Positions 15,001 to 30,000 of a stretch of DNA of 64,000 bases are shown one piece after another. This DNA is from Candidatus Omnitrophota bacterium (GTDB lineage: Bacteria > Omnitrophota > Gorgyraeia > Gygaellales > Profunditerraquicolaceae). A program made the translations under genes and the position numbers. The notes under the pieces were generated by a model. That model was not told the DNA's origin, searched no databases, and worked only from the letters and a program-made list of their open reading frames with translations. The first letter of the stretch is position 1; each line of letters opens with the position of its first letter. The stretch spans positions 69,302 to 133,301 of the forward strand of contig JAQUOV010000003.1 of the NCBI GenBank assembly GCA_028716965.1, read 5' to 3'.

Positions 15001-18000
15001 TAACCTATGCCTAAAGCATCTCCCGCGGAAATACCAAACGTATCGATATCCCTGCCGGTGACATTCCTGATCGCCGTCCGAAGAACATACTGAAACCATG
15101 TTTCCCCCGGCTGTTTGTCATCTGCCCACGCCGGGACCTTGTCCTCATTAAGCCAGGCGTCTAATTCAAGCATTAGATCATCGCGAAAGATCAGTTCAAG
15201 CGGCCCCCTCATTCCAAAACCCGCCCAGGATAAACCCGCTTTGCTCAAAATGCGCTCCAGCTCTTTATGCCTGGCGATCATCCGGAAAACAAGCGGCGTC
15301 TCTAAGGCCTGCCGCGTCCGTTCATCCAATAGCTCCCAAATAGCGCTTGCCAATAACTCCGGAACCGCGTTGATCACAGAATTATAGAGATCGGGATTTT
15401 GTCTTTGGGGAGTCAGGCTAACGCGCATCATCTGCCTGCCGGCGTCTACTTTTATACCGCGCTGCTCCAGGTTTCTTATATCTTCTTCGCTTGGCGTATT
15501 TTCACCGGTATAACCCCCGAACTCGCCGCGATAAGCCTGGGACTCTGTCCCGAAATCCGGCCTGGCGGGGAAAAGCAGCCTCTCTTCTATCCCGGCATTA
15601 CTATTAGCCAAAACCCTGTTCCACATAAGCTCCAAAGGATATCCTGACATTGCCTCTATAAATTCAACGGCAGATTCCCACCACGACAATCCGCGCGTCT
15701 CATCATCTTTAACGGCGTTGGTGAGAAGGTTTTTCACGGCCTTGATATTTCTCACCATAGCTCTTACTAAGCCACGGTTCTTAAGCAGGATGCCCAGGCT
15801 TGTCGCCCAACTGCACAGGCCTGACATTATAAGCTTTGCCTGTTCTATAACGCCGTTAACGCGGCTATGCAGAGGAACAGCAGGATAATAGATATCGATA
15901 TCGCGCATCCGGTAAGCCTTGCGTTCGCCCGCATTCTGCGGCCCGTGCGGCGTATGCGAATAAAACGATTGGCCGATAAGCTCCTGGCCGTCGCGCAGTT
16001 TAATGATCATTTCGTTTCCAAAAGGATGGTCCAGCACCGCCAGGCCTTTTGCGCCTACGAGATTGCTGAATTCAATAAGACCGGCATAAATTCCGTCCGG
16101 ATTCATGAATTCTTCGCCATGACCACGGGTATACAGCATGATTCCATCGGCAATCAGGTTCTTTATACCGTTCCAATCGCAGGATAATTTCGCGTTATCC
16201 GCTTTCTCGGCATAAATTAAGACTTTCTTAAAGAATTCTTCGAATGCCTCTTCCGTACCTTCCTGGACTGCATTCTTACGGGAATTCTTATAAAGAGAAT
16301 GCAATTCCTCGGTCAGCGGCCTGGCTCCTTTCCCGAAACGATGATTAAGCAATGACTTGATGATCTGCGCAGAGGGGGCCCCTTCTATGATTGCCGCCTC
16401 AATCATAAAACGCTGGTGATCTCCGGTTGCCCCCGACTGAATATGCAATGTCGAAGCGTCAAACCCCCGGGTTATCAACGTTGAGCCGCCGTTATCCGTG
16501 CCGCTGATAACAGCCAAAGGCCTGTCTGTCGTCATTCTGGCAATGACTCCTGCCATGGCAATAGAAGCGCCTCCTCCGGATTCAAGAATGATCTTCCTGG
16601 ACAGATCCAAATAGGCTTCTCCTTCCTCAAAAGCATCCAGCTGTTTTAAACGGTGGAGATTGCCTAAGACAATATGTACTTTTCCTGCCAACTCCACGAA
16701 GGCATTTATATCGCGGGAATTGCGTTTTAAGTTTTCCAGTTCCTTATCGAATGTGGCAGTCAAGACAATATTTCCTGATTTGGCTAATTCATTTCCGACG
16801 CTTTGGGCGATCTTCAGGAACATCTCAAAAGCTTCGCGCCGAACACCATCGGTGATGAGCGAAGCTTTGACCTCACTGTCAAAGATTTCTCTTTGGCCGC
16901 TTCCAATAATCTCCTCCAGCGTATCCAAAAGCACATTCGCTGCCAAAATGAACTCCGGATCTTCTGCCTTCTTTACGGCACGCAGCACGGCTATTCTGCC
17001 TGCCTCGTCCACCTCAGGGCTCACTATAGCATCTAATATTCCCAGAATTCGCGCAAAACGGAACTCTTTTTCAGTGAAACTTTGTTCGGCGACAAACTGC
17101 GCCGGATTGTCTTTTATTCTTTTGAAGGCGCGAATGCGATGAATATGTATAAGGCTCATAGCCGCCTGCAGGCTGATGCTGATGGCATCCTTATTTGCGG
17201 CTTCAAGATTAAGCGTAATATAAATGCTGTCTGGAGTGATCCTGCTCTCTGGCCTATCCTTATCGCATACCGCCGTCAATGCCTTTATTGTTTCCTCCGT
17301 ATCAAAATCCTTTAGGCGATAGGCTGCCTGCTGCCTGAGCCAATAATAGCCTTCACCTGTAGCCTGATAATTTAAGAGAACATCGATAAGCAGCCTGTTA
17401 TTTCCCATAGCGGCAATGACTTTTAGGAGCATAGCCTCCATAGCCGTCCATCTTCTTACGGCTTCATAACAAGAGTTAACCCGGAGGTCTAATTTCTCAG
17501 CATAAGCCGCGTTTACCTTACGCTCCCTCTCAACTTCATCAATCATTTTCTGAAGGTTAACAGTGTGCTGATGCGCCCGCAGGCCGGATACGGCAAGCCC
17601 GACCAATTCATTCAAAGATTGCGCCCCTCCCAACATCTGGAGGGCAGCAATAGCTTGCATACTGGCGAAGAAAACATCTTCATGCGTATTTTCTCTTTTC
17701 CGCAGTGATTCCTTATCATCTCTCTCAATATCAACTTCAATGCTCCCGAATCCACCAACAACACTAAAATAATGCCTGGCCTGATTTAATAACAAACCTT
17801 TTAATCTCTGCGTAACATTATCCGTCCCATATGCTTCATTTAACAAACGAGGGATCAATTCTTCTTTTATCCGCAACACTGCTTCATCGGCCCTATCCCC
17901 ATCAAATTCGGTTCCTAAGATCCGGCGCGCAGCCTCCCGGATAGTTACAAATACATGCTGCTCATTAGTCTCACCTGCCTGAAATTCAGATAATACCTCT

Positions 18001-21000
18001 CTAAACTTCTTTGACATTAATCGATATTCTTCAGTATTTCCGTCCGCCACCGGTGAGCTTCCGCCGGGGCTGGAGGAATATATTTTCTTATCTAAGCCAA
18101 TTAACCTATCTAACTCCTCATCGGGAATAATTTCCGGCAAAGCACAGGCTCCTGCCGGCCTCAACCAATCGCAAGGCTTTAACTTGATTTTTGAATAATT
18201 TATAGCAACAACGGGGCTTCTCTTGTAGAAATGCACCGGCTTCCCGGACAAAGTAAGTACCGCAGAATAATCATACATATAATACTGCTTCCCTCCGCAT
18301 TCAATCCATACACCTTCCGTGTAAGGGGCCCCTCGTGGTAAATCTTCATCCGGGGGAAAACGCTCTTCTTCTCCTAAAATATAATACTTATACAGCAAAT
18401 TCGCTCCGGGATTCCCGATTATGGGCCGGATTATCCTGATAATTTCTTCAGGGTCACTGGTATTTGCTATTATCCCTTCCAGATATCCTTCCAATAAATC
18501 AGTGGAGTATCCGTGTCTCTTTATATCAACTAAATAAAACTTTACCAGCTCCACTTTTGCTGCAAGGTCGCCTGCCCTGAAATCTCTCTTTACTCTCATC
18601 AAATATACCCAGTCAATAAAAGTAAACCCGCAAATTGCGTAAAAAGATTCCTTAAGTAAAACAAATGCCAATATTGCCGCGATTGCAGAGTGTAAATTAA
18701 ACGGGTCAAATAATGGCGGAATTAAGGAATATAGATTGAATGGACCAAAAAATGCCGCGATCAAAAACACTAAAATCACTTTCTTTACAATAGAGCTGGA
18801 AGATGAAAACGCTTTCCCGGAGCTTAAAAAATTATTCAAAAGGGGTGCGGCAGAATCAGACCCCACCAGCCACGGAGAGGAATTCTGATTTATAAACTGC
18901 CGCGACCCCCAAAATCGCCTATTAATCTTATCCAACAGCGGACTATTACTTTTAGGTTGGTTTGACAGAAGCTTGGTGCACATCAGGCATCCGAAAAAAG
19001 TATACGCTAAAGGCGAAGCGCTTATGCGCTCAATTTCTTCCAATGTTATAGTTGCCTGACGGCTAACGATATCCACAGGATCTTTAATATATGCTTTAAC
19101 AACCGGGATGAATTCTAGCGGAGCAAGTTGCCCGCTAAAACGTATGCCGGCCGCCCGCAAATAAGGGTTCCGGTCAAATAACATAGAATCTACCCCTTTT
19201 GACCCTAAAGGAAATATATGATTTATCGTTACTTCGGACCAGGGGATAAACATAGTCTTAACTTGCCATATTTTATAAATATCTATTATTGCTTTTTCAA
19301 TCAATCTCCCTTCTGTTTCAACCTCTTTTCTATAATCCCTCATAAGCTCATCATATAAATCTGATGCGCTGAAGAATAATCTACCATTAAAATTCTTTAC
19401 ATTAGTCCAATCATATTGCATAACCCCTTCTTTGACCAATATAAAGTTAAATAAATGGCCTCTTGAGAATATGCTGCGGACATCGTCTATAGAAGGGTAG
19501 CGGTTCCCGCTTGGATGATTATGAGAGAATGCATCGCTTTGCCCGATTTTCAAAAGCGACTTAATCTTTTCCTCTTCAATTAATATTGAGTTATTATCCC
19601 CTTTTATAATAACCAGTCGACGAGCCCGCCTTAAGCGATAAATACCTACCTCAAAAGCCAAGTTTGTTAACTCCCTTATCTCCTCAACTGAAGGAATAGA
19701 AGTCATTAGAAAAATGGTCCCGAATGCAGTTTCCGGATTTTTAAATATCTCAATACATTCCCCGAGTTCTCCTTTATTAATAGAAGGAAGTGACTTCAAC
19801 AACCTTGTTTCTTCTGTTTCTATTGTCATAACAAACCTTTTCCAATCCTGAGAATTAATTGCAGGGGTAAATTCCTGTTCCAAAGAAATAGCGCTGGCGG
19901 CAAAACCTACAGCCTCCCCCTGGACAAGAAGCGGGCTGCCGGAATTGCCCTTCAATGAAGAAGCAAGTTCCCTTGTTTCCGAAAATAATTCTATCCAGCG
20001 CGCTACCTCCTTTTTCTTATCGGTATTAGCGATATTAAGGGGCTCCTGTCTAAGCGTATCTTCTATCTTTGCCCTAAGCTGTTTATAGCCAACAGGGGCT
20101 TCCCCGGGATCAAGAAGGGCAAGCGCGAACATTCCCATCCCATCGCCGCGCTTAACCATAGGCAGCATCTTTTCCGGTTCCGCCTTAATTTTTTCAATAA
20201 AAAGCTCAAGAAAACGCGCCCATCCATTTTCCTTGTGTTGCGTCAACCAATATTGCAATAAGGCGCACCAGATCTCTAATGCTTTCGGCTCATTTAGCTT
20301 ATGTTCATCGCACAGGCGCCGATAAAGGAAATGCAACAAATACGGTTCGCCGTTACTGATCAACGTGTTTATATGTTCTATCTCGGCATCAATGATCTGT
20401 TCTGAAAAAGGATCGCTGGTTCTGGCCCACTTAAAATTTTCCTTCTTGAAAAGTTCAGGATTATCCAGACAACGTTCATATATTGCCTTTAACTGCGGGC
20501 ACTGCGACAACTCCAGCCACTGCACGTTGGGTGAAACTTTATCCCACGCGTAATTCTTCCTGGGGTCTTTTTCTATGTCCTCAGGTATACCCCCAAAGGA
20601 ATATTTACCTTTATCGTCTATTTCATTAAGTATGAGGCGACGCCTGCCTTTTTCATCGATACGCAGTGCGTAGGCATGTTTACGAAATGCGGGCGCCAGA
20701 TGCACCACACCGCCTTCCTCCCAATCCGCATTGTGCAAGGCCAAAAACTCATTAAATGCTTCCTCGCATTCTCTAAGCCTTCCTTCCCTGAATAACCTCT
20801 TCAGGCGCGTTGGCAGGGATTCCTTTACGCTATTCTTTATCAATAATTTTCCAAACTCCAATACCGCACGTCCCGGATGGCACTGCCCCATGGGGATAGC
20901 GATATGGGCCTTGGAGGCATCTATCACAGTGCACCGGACCAGGCGCAGGCCCATGCGGTTCTTAAGCTCCTCAATTACCGGCTCAATATTCTGCGTAAAA

Positions 21001-24000
21001 AACTTTTCATCGAAGGGAACAACCACGACCAGCCCAAAATCTTCACGCTCCTGGCGCGTATAGAGCTTAAAGAAAACCTGCTCTATGCCGATTGCTTTCT
21101 CGTCAGCAAGCAAATCGAAATTATCTTCAGGGAATCCTTTCTTGGCTGTCGCCTTAAGAATATCAATAATCTGCCTTTCGGCAATAACATCCAGTTCTTT
21201 CGGAAGCATATCAATATTTATATTCAGCTTCTCCTTTAAAAGCTTAACGTTTACTTCCCGCCATTTGGGATTATCTATTTTATTAAGCTTATACGCCACC
21301 CACAGCGCCTCCTTAAGACTATGGTTCCAGCATATAATCCCATTCTCAATGGCGCGGATATAAGGAATAATGAATTTTGACTCTTCGGTATCTTCCATTA
21401 TGATCCGGTCACGGATAAAATTTAGGAGAGACTTTCCTTTATCTATCGCGCGATGGATCATGCGGATGTTGCGTATGTCGGTATCAGCATGAATAACCAT
21501 CGGGATGCCGATTTTATTAAGATCTCTATCAGAAGCACTGCCTATGCCTTCTATACAGAAGGTTTTGCTGCCCGGCAAAATCCTCTGCAAGAGCTCGAGT
21601 TTTTTCGGCCTTGAAAATTTTATCTTGCCGATATCTGAAACAAGGTATTTTTTCTTTTCAACAATGAGGACTTTATTCCCCCATTCTGATATAGGAATGA
21701 CGTAGGAAGCGATTTTATCAATAACAATAACTTTTTCCCTGTTTTTTGCATCCTTTACCGGATTACCTTGAAGATCTTTTTCTATCTGCGCTTCCTTGCT
21801 GTGTATATGCAGGATAAATCTTCCTGCTTTTTCTTCCGCGCTAAATCTTAACGTCCTGGCAGAAACTTCCTTTACAGGCTCTCCGTTATGTTCCAGTAAA
21901 TTCCCTTTTCCGTCATTTATCAGATAAACGACCTCAACATCGGGATTTCTGCCTCTTTTTTGATACCAGGATAAATAACCGGCGAAATCTTCGCGCGAGA
22001 AAACTATAGGACGTTCCAACTCAAGGACAAGACGCTCTTTTTCTGTTCCGTCTTCCATCACGTGATACTTTTTTATTAAGTATTCCGTGTCTCGCAATCC
22101 TATCGTGTAATCGCGCGTTCCCAGGTCCCGCGTAAATAGCAGGGTCTTATTGACTTTAAGCGCCGGCTCTGCTTCACCGTCACTTATTCCAAGATGTAAC
22201 AATTGGGGTACCCACTCTCCCTCTACCCAGCGTATTCTTTCCTTACCTAAATATATAGTTATATTCCCGTCAGGCGAATATTCGATCTTAACCCTTCCTC
22301 CTTCACCCGTGCCGTCATATACAGGCATCTCCGTAGGAATATGCCTTCCGTTCAACAAATTCACAAACATTTTCTTCCAGGCCTGGGCGAAACGTTTAAC
22401 CTGGAATTTCTTGTCAAATATCTGGGTTTTCTGCTGCGTTTTAGGGTCTGTCTGCTGCATCTTGGGGTCTAGAGGCCGGTCATCCTTTTCCAATAAAACC
22501 ATGTCAAACTCGTGCGGGTCATATTCCATCCCGACTTCATCGCAAAGCTGCTGAAAATATCCAAGTGCCGTAGTTTTACCTGAACCGCCTAACCCGGTCA
22601 ACAAGTCCAGCGCGAATCCATGCCGATGCATCATCCCTATACCTCTGCCCATAAGCTCATACATCCCTTGTTCAACAGTGGGTCCTCCAATGGCAAAAGT
22701 TCTGATGTGATGCATCCAGGACTCAAAAAGCGCAATTATATATTCCGCGGCATCCAATTCAACCTCATAGATACCGCCTTTACTGTCCCGGTATTTTTCC
22801 TTGATGGCAATCGGAGAATTCGCCGTATCTGTCTTTGCCAGGGAGCAAACGAGGGAACCCAGAGATGAAGAAGACCTGGCTCCGGAAACAATCTCATTCT
22901 TTAAGATGATAATATTTATTAGGCGGGAGATTATTTTTTGTTTCTCTTCATCGGGCAGGCTAAAGAAATAAGGATGGAAGTAAATAGTATCGCGATCGTT
23001 AAATTCTTCGGTGTAATACTTTCTCTGTAAAATACCTCCCTCTGCTACCGCGTGTTCCTTCAAAACCTTTGTCTTGGCGACATTGCAGGCGGCAACATAC
23101 GGGCGGTTTGTTTCGGATTCAAATCCTAATGTATGGAGATCAGTACTAACCTCAAAATTTACATTGAATAATGCTACTGCCTGCTCGGAAACAATATTGA
23201 TTCTTTCCAGCGCTTGCGATGTTAAAGCGATAAAATCATGAAATTCGCGGGTGTATTCACTGCAAACCATACCGACATGTAATTCACCTTCTCCGCTTTC
23301 AATCCTAACTGCGCTCGGTATCCGCTCTCCAAAATCTCCAAATTCAGCTCTGAAAAGTTCTTCCTCGGGAACAGTTGTTTCGTATGGGAATGTTGCTAAC
23401 TGTTGTATAAGGACCTCTAATATCTCAAGAAGGGCGGTATTCTTTCTATAGTTTGTCAAATGAGGCCTGTTTAATTGGTGGATCAATTTAAGCAGCGCAT
23501 TGCTTTTTGGCCTGCCTACAAGAATGGGCTGAAGATACTCAACGTAATCCGTAAAATTCCAGTGTTTTTCGTTACGGAAAACCAGGCCGTATAAGGCGAT
23601 AAAGAACGGTTCGAGCCCGGCGGTTTCGGCACGCACCCTGAAATCTCCGTCAGACACAGCAAACCAGAAAGGCGCCATGCCTGCGGGGCCTACCTTAAGT
23701 ATATCCTTGATCCGTTTAACGATATAGGCACCTCCATTTTCGTCGCGAAGGGAAACAACAAAGTCCTGAATAACGCGCTGTATAGTTTCCTGCCAATCAT
23801 CCCGTTGGCGTACAGCCCTGGCGAGAAGACAAAGTAAACCGCGAGCCTGGTTAACAATGTCACCTTGCGTCAGGCCCATACGCAGCGCATTATAAGCGAG
23901 GATACCATAATCATCAGAATAATGATTAACATAGGCATCGGATAATTCAACTATGCCTTTGACAAAATCCTCCATATCCGGCAGAATCTTTCCGGAAGCA

Positions 24001-27000
24001 TCTTGGGGCAGGTACTTGACAATATAGCCGTTTCCGGAAACAATACGTCCGGCAGCATCTCTTTTTAAGTGTTTCACGCGTTCCGGAATAACTCCATCTG
24101 GGGTGGCAATAGACGGAGCCTGCTGATTACCATAGCTTGTGGGGCCGGCCTCTTTATTATCTTCGGATAACATCCCCCCAAAATCCCTGCCTTGCTGCAG
24201 CCAGGGAGATGTATAGACGTTATGGTCTGAAATAAAAATAAGATGATATCGCATTTCAGGGTATTTTTCAAAGAGGTCGTCAATACGCTTCTTTTCGTTT
24301 ACAAAGAACGTGCTGAATGGCCTTCCGCCGATCAGAAGCACTGCGTTAGAATCAATGACCTCTTTTCTCTTATGATCGCTGAATAAAGAATCAATGATCA
24401 AATTAGGGCATTTGTATTCCACAAACCTGCGCACAAGACTGAAAAACGGCATAGCCATCAGATCTATCCCTTTTTCCTTCAATTCCTCCTGGGTAATGCC
24501 CAATGGCCCAAAGTGATTCTTTAAAAGCAAATCGATAAGCTTTTTCTTCTGCCTTTTTTTGGCAGCGAGGTACTTTTCAATAAATGCCAGCTTTTTCTCT
24601 GTGTCTTTGTCCAGAACCATGAATAAACCTTCGTAGTCTTTATCCGGGATCTCCATTTCTGCCATCGCCTGCGTGATCACGGCTTTTACATCCAGTCCAT
24701 TCCACCTTTCATCATCAGACCCTTCACTATTGCCAAAAAGCGGGTCTTCCCAAACTTTATCCATGTTAGAAGAATAAATTTCTTTACATACTCCGGTATG
24801 TTTTGTAGAACATCCGCTGACACAATCGCATACCGCGCCTGCAATATCCGCAGGATCAACAACTTTCCCATGGCTGGCAAACCCAAATTCCGTAGAAATG
24901 TTCAACGGATCATACATATAATCATGGTACAGGGGCATAGTATCCGTAACTATGCTATGATTATATTTGTGCCCGAATACCTTACGCATAAACGCATCGT
25001 ATTTAAATCTATCGTTCACGACTTGAGGCATCATAAGGATAGTGTTGCCTTCGCTCATGGAAAATACCGGCTTATCACCTATTAAGCCTCTGCGGCGCAA
25101 CCCAAGAATAAACCGCGAGTTTGCCTTACGATAAACATATGATTGCACCGCACGGAAATCATCAATATGTCCTTTTCCGGATTCCGCTTCCGGATATGCC
25201 TCCGGGAAAATCATAGGGCAGTAGAGCCAATATTCCCTTACCCCCGACTTCTTCTTATCACTGACGAATTGAATGGTTACGGTTTCTTTCTGTCTCAACT
25301 TTGCTTTTTCCCTTGCGAATTCTTCCCTGGCCATGCTGATTATATTCTCATCCTTTATGGCATTATTGTATGCCCAGGTAAGAATCTCTTTTGTAGTTGT
25401 CTCCGTAATCTTTTTATGCGCAAGATGCTTTAAGGCATCGGGCAAAGCTTCACGCCTGGTAATATTTCTACATATTTTAAAGTATACCCGGGAGGCGGTT
25501 ACTGAAGCATACTTCGCAATAAGTTCCGGCAGGAGATAAAAATCTAATCTTTGCATCACTATTTCCCGCAGTGCAGGCGGAAGCCATATTTGATATTCCT
25601 CTTCAAACTCCAGCGCCCTAGTAAGAAATAGTTTTACAATATCTTCGTGAATCTGTATCGGCTTTGTAGTCTGCTTGGCCCCTTGGCGCTTGAATATTAT
25701 TTCTTCCGGCAACGCGAATTCCCCACCCTTGATCTTACTTGAATAAAAAATGCCGAATAGGTGGATCTTATTATTGGCCTCAAGTTCACCCCACTCATCT
25801 ACGAATATGCGATAAATGCCCCGGACTAAATCGGGCTTGAAACTCCCCAGGCCCCCGGACATCAATATTTTTGCCAATCTGCCTGTTATTTTGAATGCTT
25901 CGAATTCGCTGTATCCCTCAACAGCCTGAAGATAAATACGAAACGCCTCAAGCAGTGTCCAGGTCGGCATATATTCCATCTGGAATATAAATAAATCACA
26001 GTTACGTAATGTTTTCAACGCTCTTTTCATTACCTCCCGTTTAAACTTGCGGGAAAAACCATAATCAACATTATATGTACCAAACTCCCAATGATAACGT
26101 TCCCTGCCTATCCGGTATTCAAAATCATCCAGTCTATCTTGTGCTCTAATAAGTAAACTTACGGCTTCCATCAGATATCCTGGTTTTTTAGCATCTAAAA
26201 TGTGTTTAATTACGGAGTTGGAGTTTTTCTTTTGGTGCAGCTCATTAAGCCACAATAACTTTTTCCCCAAGATGGTATCGTATTGGTCTTCAGGGAGTGT
26301 AAATATCCTTTCGCTAGATTTTTGAGAGTTATTCTGGGTGGCTGGGGAACTGGTTGTTATTTTTCTTGATTTTGCCTCCGGTCTTTCCACAGATTGGACT
26401 AACGTAGAATCTGCTGAAGGCCCATCTAATATTATCTTTAACCTTTCTATTCTTGCCGCGTCGCAAGGACGCACGTCTATTCCATGCAGCCTCTTTAAAG
26501 AATTGCTCAACGGATTTAATCCTGGAGAAAGATATCCTTTCAGGTAACTCTTATCCAAATCACTTCTCCATTTAAGAAGTTGGACCGCGGTTTCCTGGGC
26601 GTAACCTAAATCCCTTAATGCAAATACGCTAAAGGCGTCGGCATCAAATTCTAACTCATGTAGCTGTGTTTCTATTTCTTCAGCATCTGCCGGAGATAAA
26701 TTGCTTAAGCTGGCCACCATAGTCTCAAGGTAGGTTTTTCTGCTTAAATGGCCGCTAAGAATATGCTTTAATTCGTGGGCAAAAAGCATGACGAGTCCGG
26801 CTTTTCCAAAGCGGGCATAGACTGTCTGCAAAAATCCTTCGAGGTAAGAAATATGCTCCTCCAGCGTATATTGATTCAAAACAACAGCGACTAAATATCC
26901 TGCTCTGGGCGCTAATTCAAGCCTCACAGATTCGAGCAATTTTAAATCGGCTGGATGAACTTTGCCCCACCTTTTCTGATTATCTAATATATAACTTCTT

Positions 27001-30000
27001 ACCTCTCCAAAAGCCTCCTTAAATATCGCTGTATCTATAGCGCTAGCTGCCTTAAGTTCTCCCCTTGCTATTACAAGTGCGCCAAAATTTGTAAGCTTTA
27101 AGTACGGACCGATCGGCGATTGCGCCGAATAATTTGATTTCCTCGTTGCATTGGAAACCGGGCTACCTGAAATGGGAACGAGTGGCTCTACGGCTATCTT
27201 TTTCTCCTTAACGGCTGTGGGAAAAGGCAAACACAATATATCCTTAGGAAGGTGTATATAAACGATCCCGTTTTCGATACCAATACTTTTGATATATTTT
27301 TGGCTTCTTATAGCATGAGCATTGTTGGTAACATTTTCAAAAATCACCTGGGCATTGTTTTCCTTCAGGGAGTTTAACAAACCGCCTCCTACTTCCTGTG
27401 GCAATACACCATGGATGCCTATAAAGGATAATATAAGCAATGCTTCGGTTTGCTGTTCTTCTTTACCCATTTTCATCGCCTGCATTAATGGAGGAATTAT
27501 CTTAGGAATGTTTTGTGAGTTCTTAATAATCAACTCCGTTGTAATATGGGATAAACCGTGAAGTCCGGTGATATTATCACGAAGTATCAAACTTACACAA
27601 CCTGTAAATTCCAAGCTCATCAGTTTATTTTCCGCCCTGGTAAGCCGAAACTCATTTTCACCTACAAGTGAAAAGTTATGCCTTGCTTTTCTAGATTCAG
27701 AAATATATGCACCGGGAAATAGAAAATCCTCTATATCATAGATAAGATATCCATTGTTAAGGCTTACTGGGCTTCCAGAGACAACTTCGCCCAAAACGCT
27801 AATACGATACATAAGATGAGTCCGTAATGTTCTGATCCAGTATTCTTCCAAAGGTTGTACTCCATAATTTTCCGAAAGTATTACATAATGGGACTTTAAA
27901 ACGGATAAAGGCATGTCAAACAAGAATCCCATATCATCGCGGTATCTCAATACGCCATACTGAAATTCCAAAGGCAGTTTATCTCTAAATAAAGCGTAAA
28001 CGAGGTTGATTTTATTTTCTGCTCTCTCGGATAGGTAGAAAAGAAGGGGGAAACCGGTGATAGGGATGAAAGGTTGAATAATAATCTTAAAGATAGTTGG
28101 TGAATGTTCCCAGAAAGACAGCCAACTTAACAATGCCTTCTTGCAATTATCTATTCTTTTCCCGAGAACTTCTTTTAATTGCGGCGATAAATGGGAGGTT
28201 TTTCCTAAAACCGATATGCCCAATTCGGGGCTTAGTCTATTTTCCTTCCCTGAAAACGTTATGTTAATTTCTGTAACCGGCAACTGTTTTTCCTGCCTTG
28301 TTGTTTTGACAACCGCAGGATATACCGCCCTAAACTCTATAGAAAGTGGGCTTGAGGACTCCTGAGGTACAGGTATTTTGGGACAATATAATTCCGCAAG
28401 CTGACGCGCTATTTGCGCTGCTGCCTTACGAATATGCCCTTCTTCCCTATTATCATCCTCTTCCCGGGCATAGAGCTCATCGATATCTATCACAATGACA
28501 CCCCGATTCCGAAGCTCCCCTAAATCAACCGGTTCCCAGCCGCTGATCCTGTCCGTTTCTTTTATTGCTATTTCCGGAACACCCTGTATTTTTGCCTGGG
28601 TATGAGGCGAAATTTTTAGATACACTTCTATAACCATTAATCCTTTATTCTGCAGCCTCTCTAATTCCTCGCTTGTTAGCGGATAGGTCGCTATAGCCGG
28701 CCCTCCATTAAACTCCTCGCTTTCATAAGCTTCTTTTGCCGCTTCGGCATCCAGGTCATTAATGATCTGTTGGATGCCTTGATACTTGGTAAGCCTGTAA
28801 AGAGCTATCTGCATAAAGGTATCTTTTTTCACGGATACTTTTATATGGTCTCTCCAGGTGATTGCCTGCCCTTCCTCAACAGGAGCCGTTGTGCTTACCC
28901 ATTTTTCGTCTATCTTTAGCTCCATGGGGTCTGCCTTCCGGTTGATACGCTCTTTCAGGAAATTCTTCAAATGCTTAATGGCTTCTTTTGAAGATATTAA
29001 TGGCTCGGCGACTAAACGATTGAGGTCATAACCGCTATTACGCAAGTCTTCAACAAAGAAATAAGCCCATGCCCTTAAGATGAATGGAGAATTAAAATAG
29101 TGGAGAATAAGTTCACCATTACAAATCTCATTCCCCTTTTCATCTTCTAAGAAGAGGCCGAAATGACGCGCCAACGGGACTTTTCCGCTTGCGCTGCGTC
29201 CGACAATACGCAATAAAATTGGCTGTCGGGAGCGCGAGGTGTCCCGCTGCATAGCTTTCTCAAAATCTTTTCTGGTAGCGTTAAAGGGCATCTCATATTT
29301 GATGGTTGCTCCCAATCCCGGGCCGTCGCTATAAACCTGCATATAGCCGCCTATGCTATTGAGCCGTTTTATCATCGTATAAATACCTATCCCTTGCCCG
29401 TCTATGCCTGTGCCTTCGTGGAAACGCGCTACCTTTCTTCCAAAAACCTGCAATGCATCGGCAGTCATACCTCGTCCATTATCAACAAGCTTAACTTCCG
29501 TCATGCCTTTATGCCAGTCAAGGGAAACATGGATGTTTACCTTAAGAGGGAGTTCCGGATTACTGTATTTAATAGAATTGATCCCCGCATTTATTAAGAT
29601 CTCGCTGTTTAAAACATGGTAAGTGGAGATCTCTTTATCCGGTACGCTCTTGTCAAATATCACTTCAAAGCAACCTTCGGCTAACCCCTTTGGAAGCCAT
29701 GTCCTGACAACATCTGATTGCGCATAACCAAGTAAAGTTTGTGTGATATTTGTCATTACCTGGCGTAAATTCTTTCGCTCGGCAGAAATATCCACAGGTT
29801 CAAACAAAACAAGAAGCCCTCTTGTAATCCTGCCGTAGCCGTATTTTACATTGCCATACAATTTTGCAAGCTCTTCGTCATTGCTTAATTCCGTAGATCT
29901 AATAAAATTATCGAGCTTTGGATTGAAACGCTTCGCTGCCTCCTGAAACTCATCAGCTAAGTTTTTAAATTCGACGTACGTAGCAACTACATTATTAATC

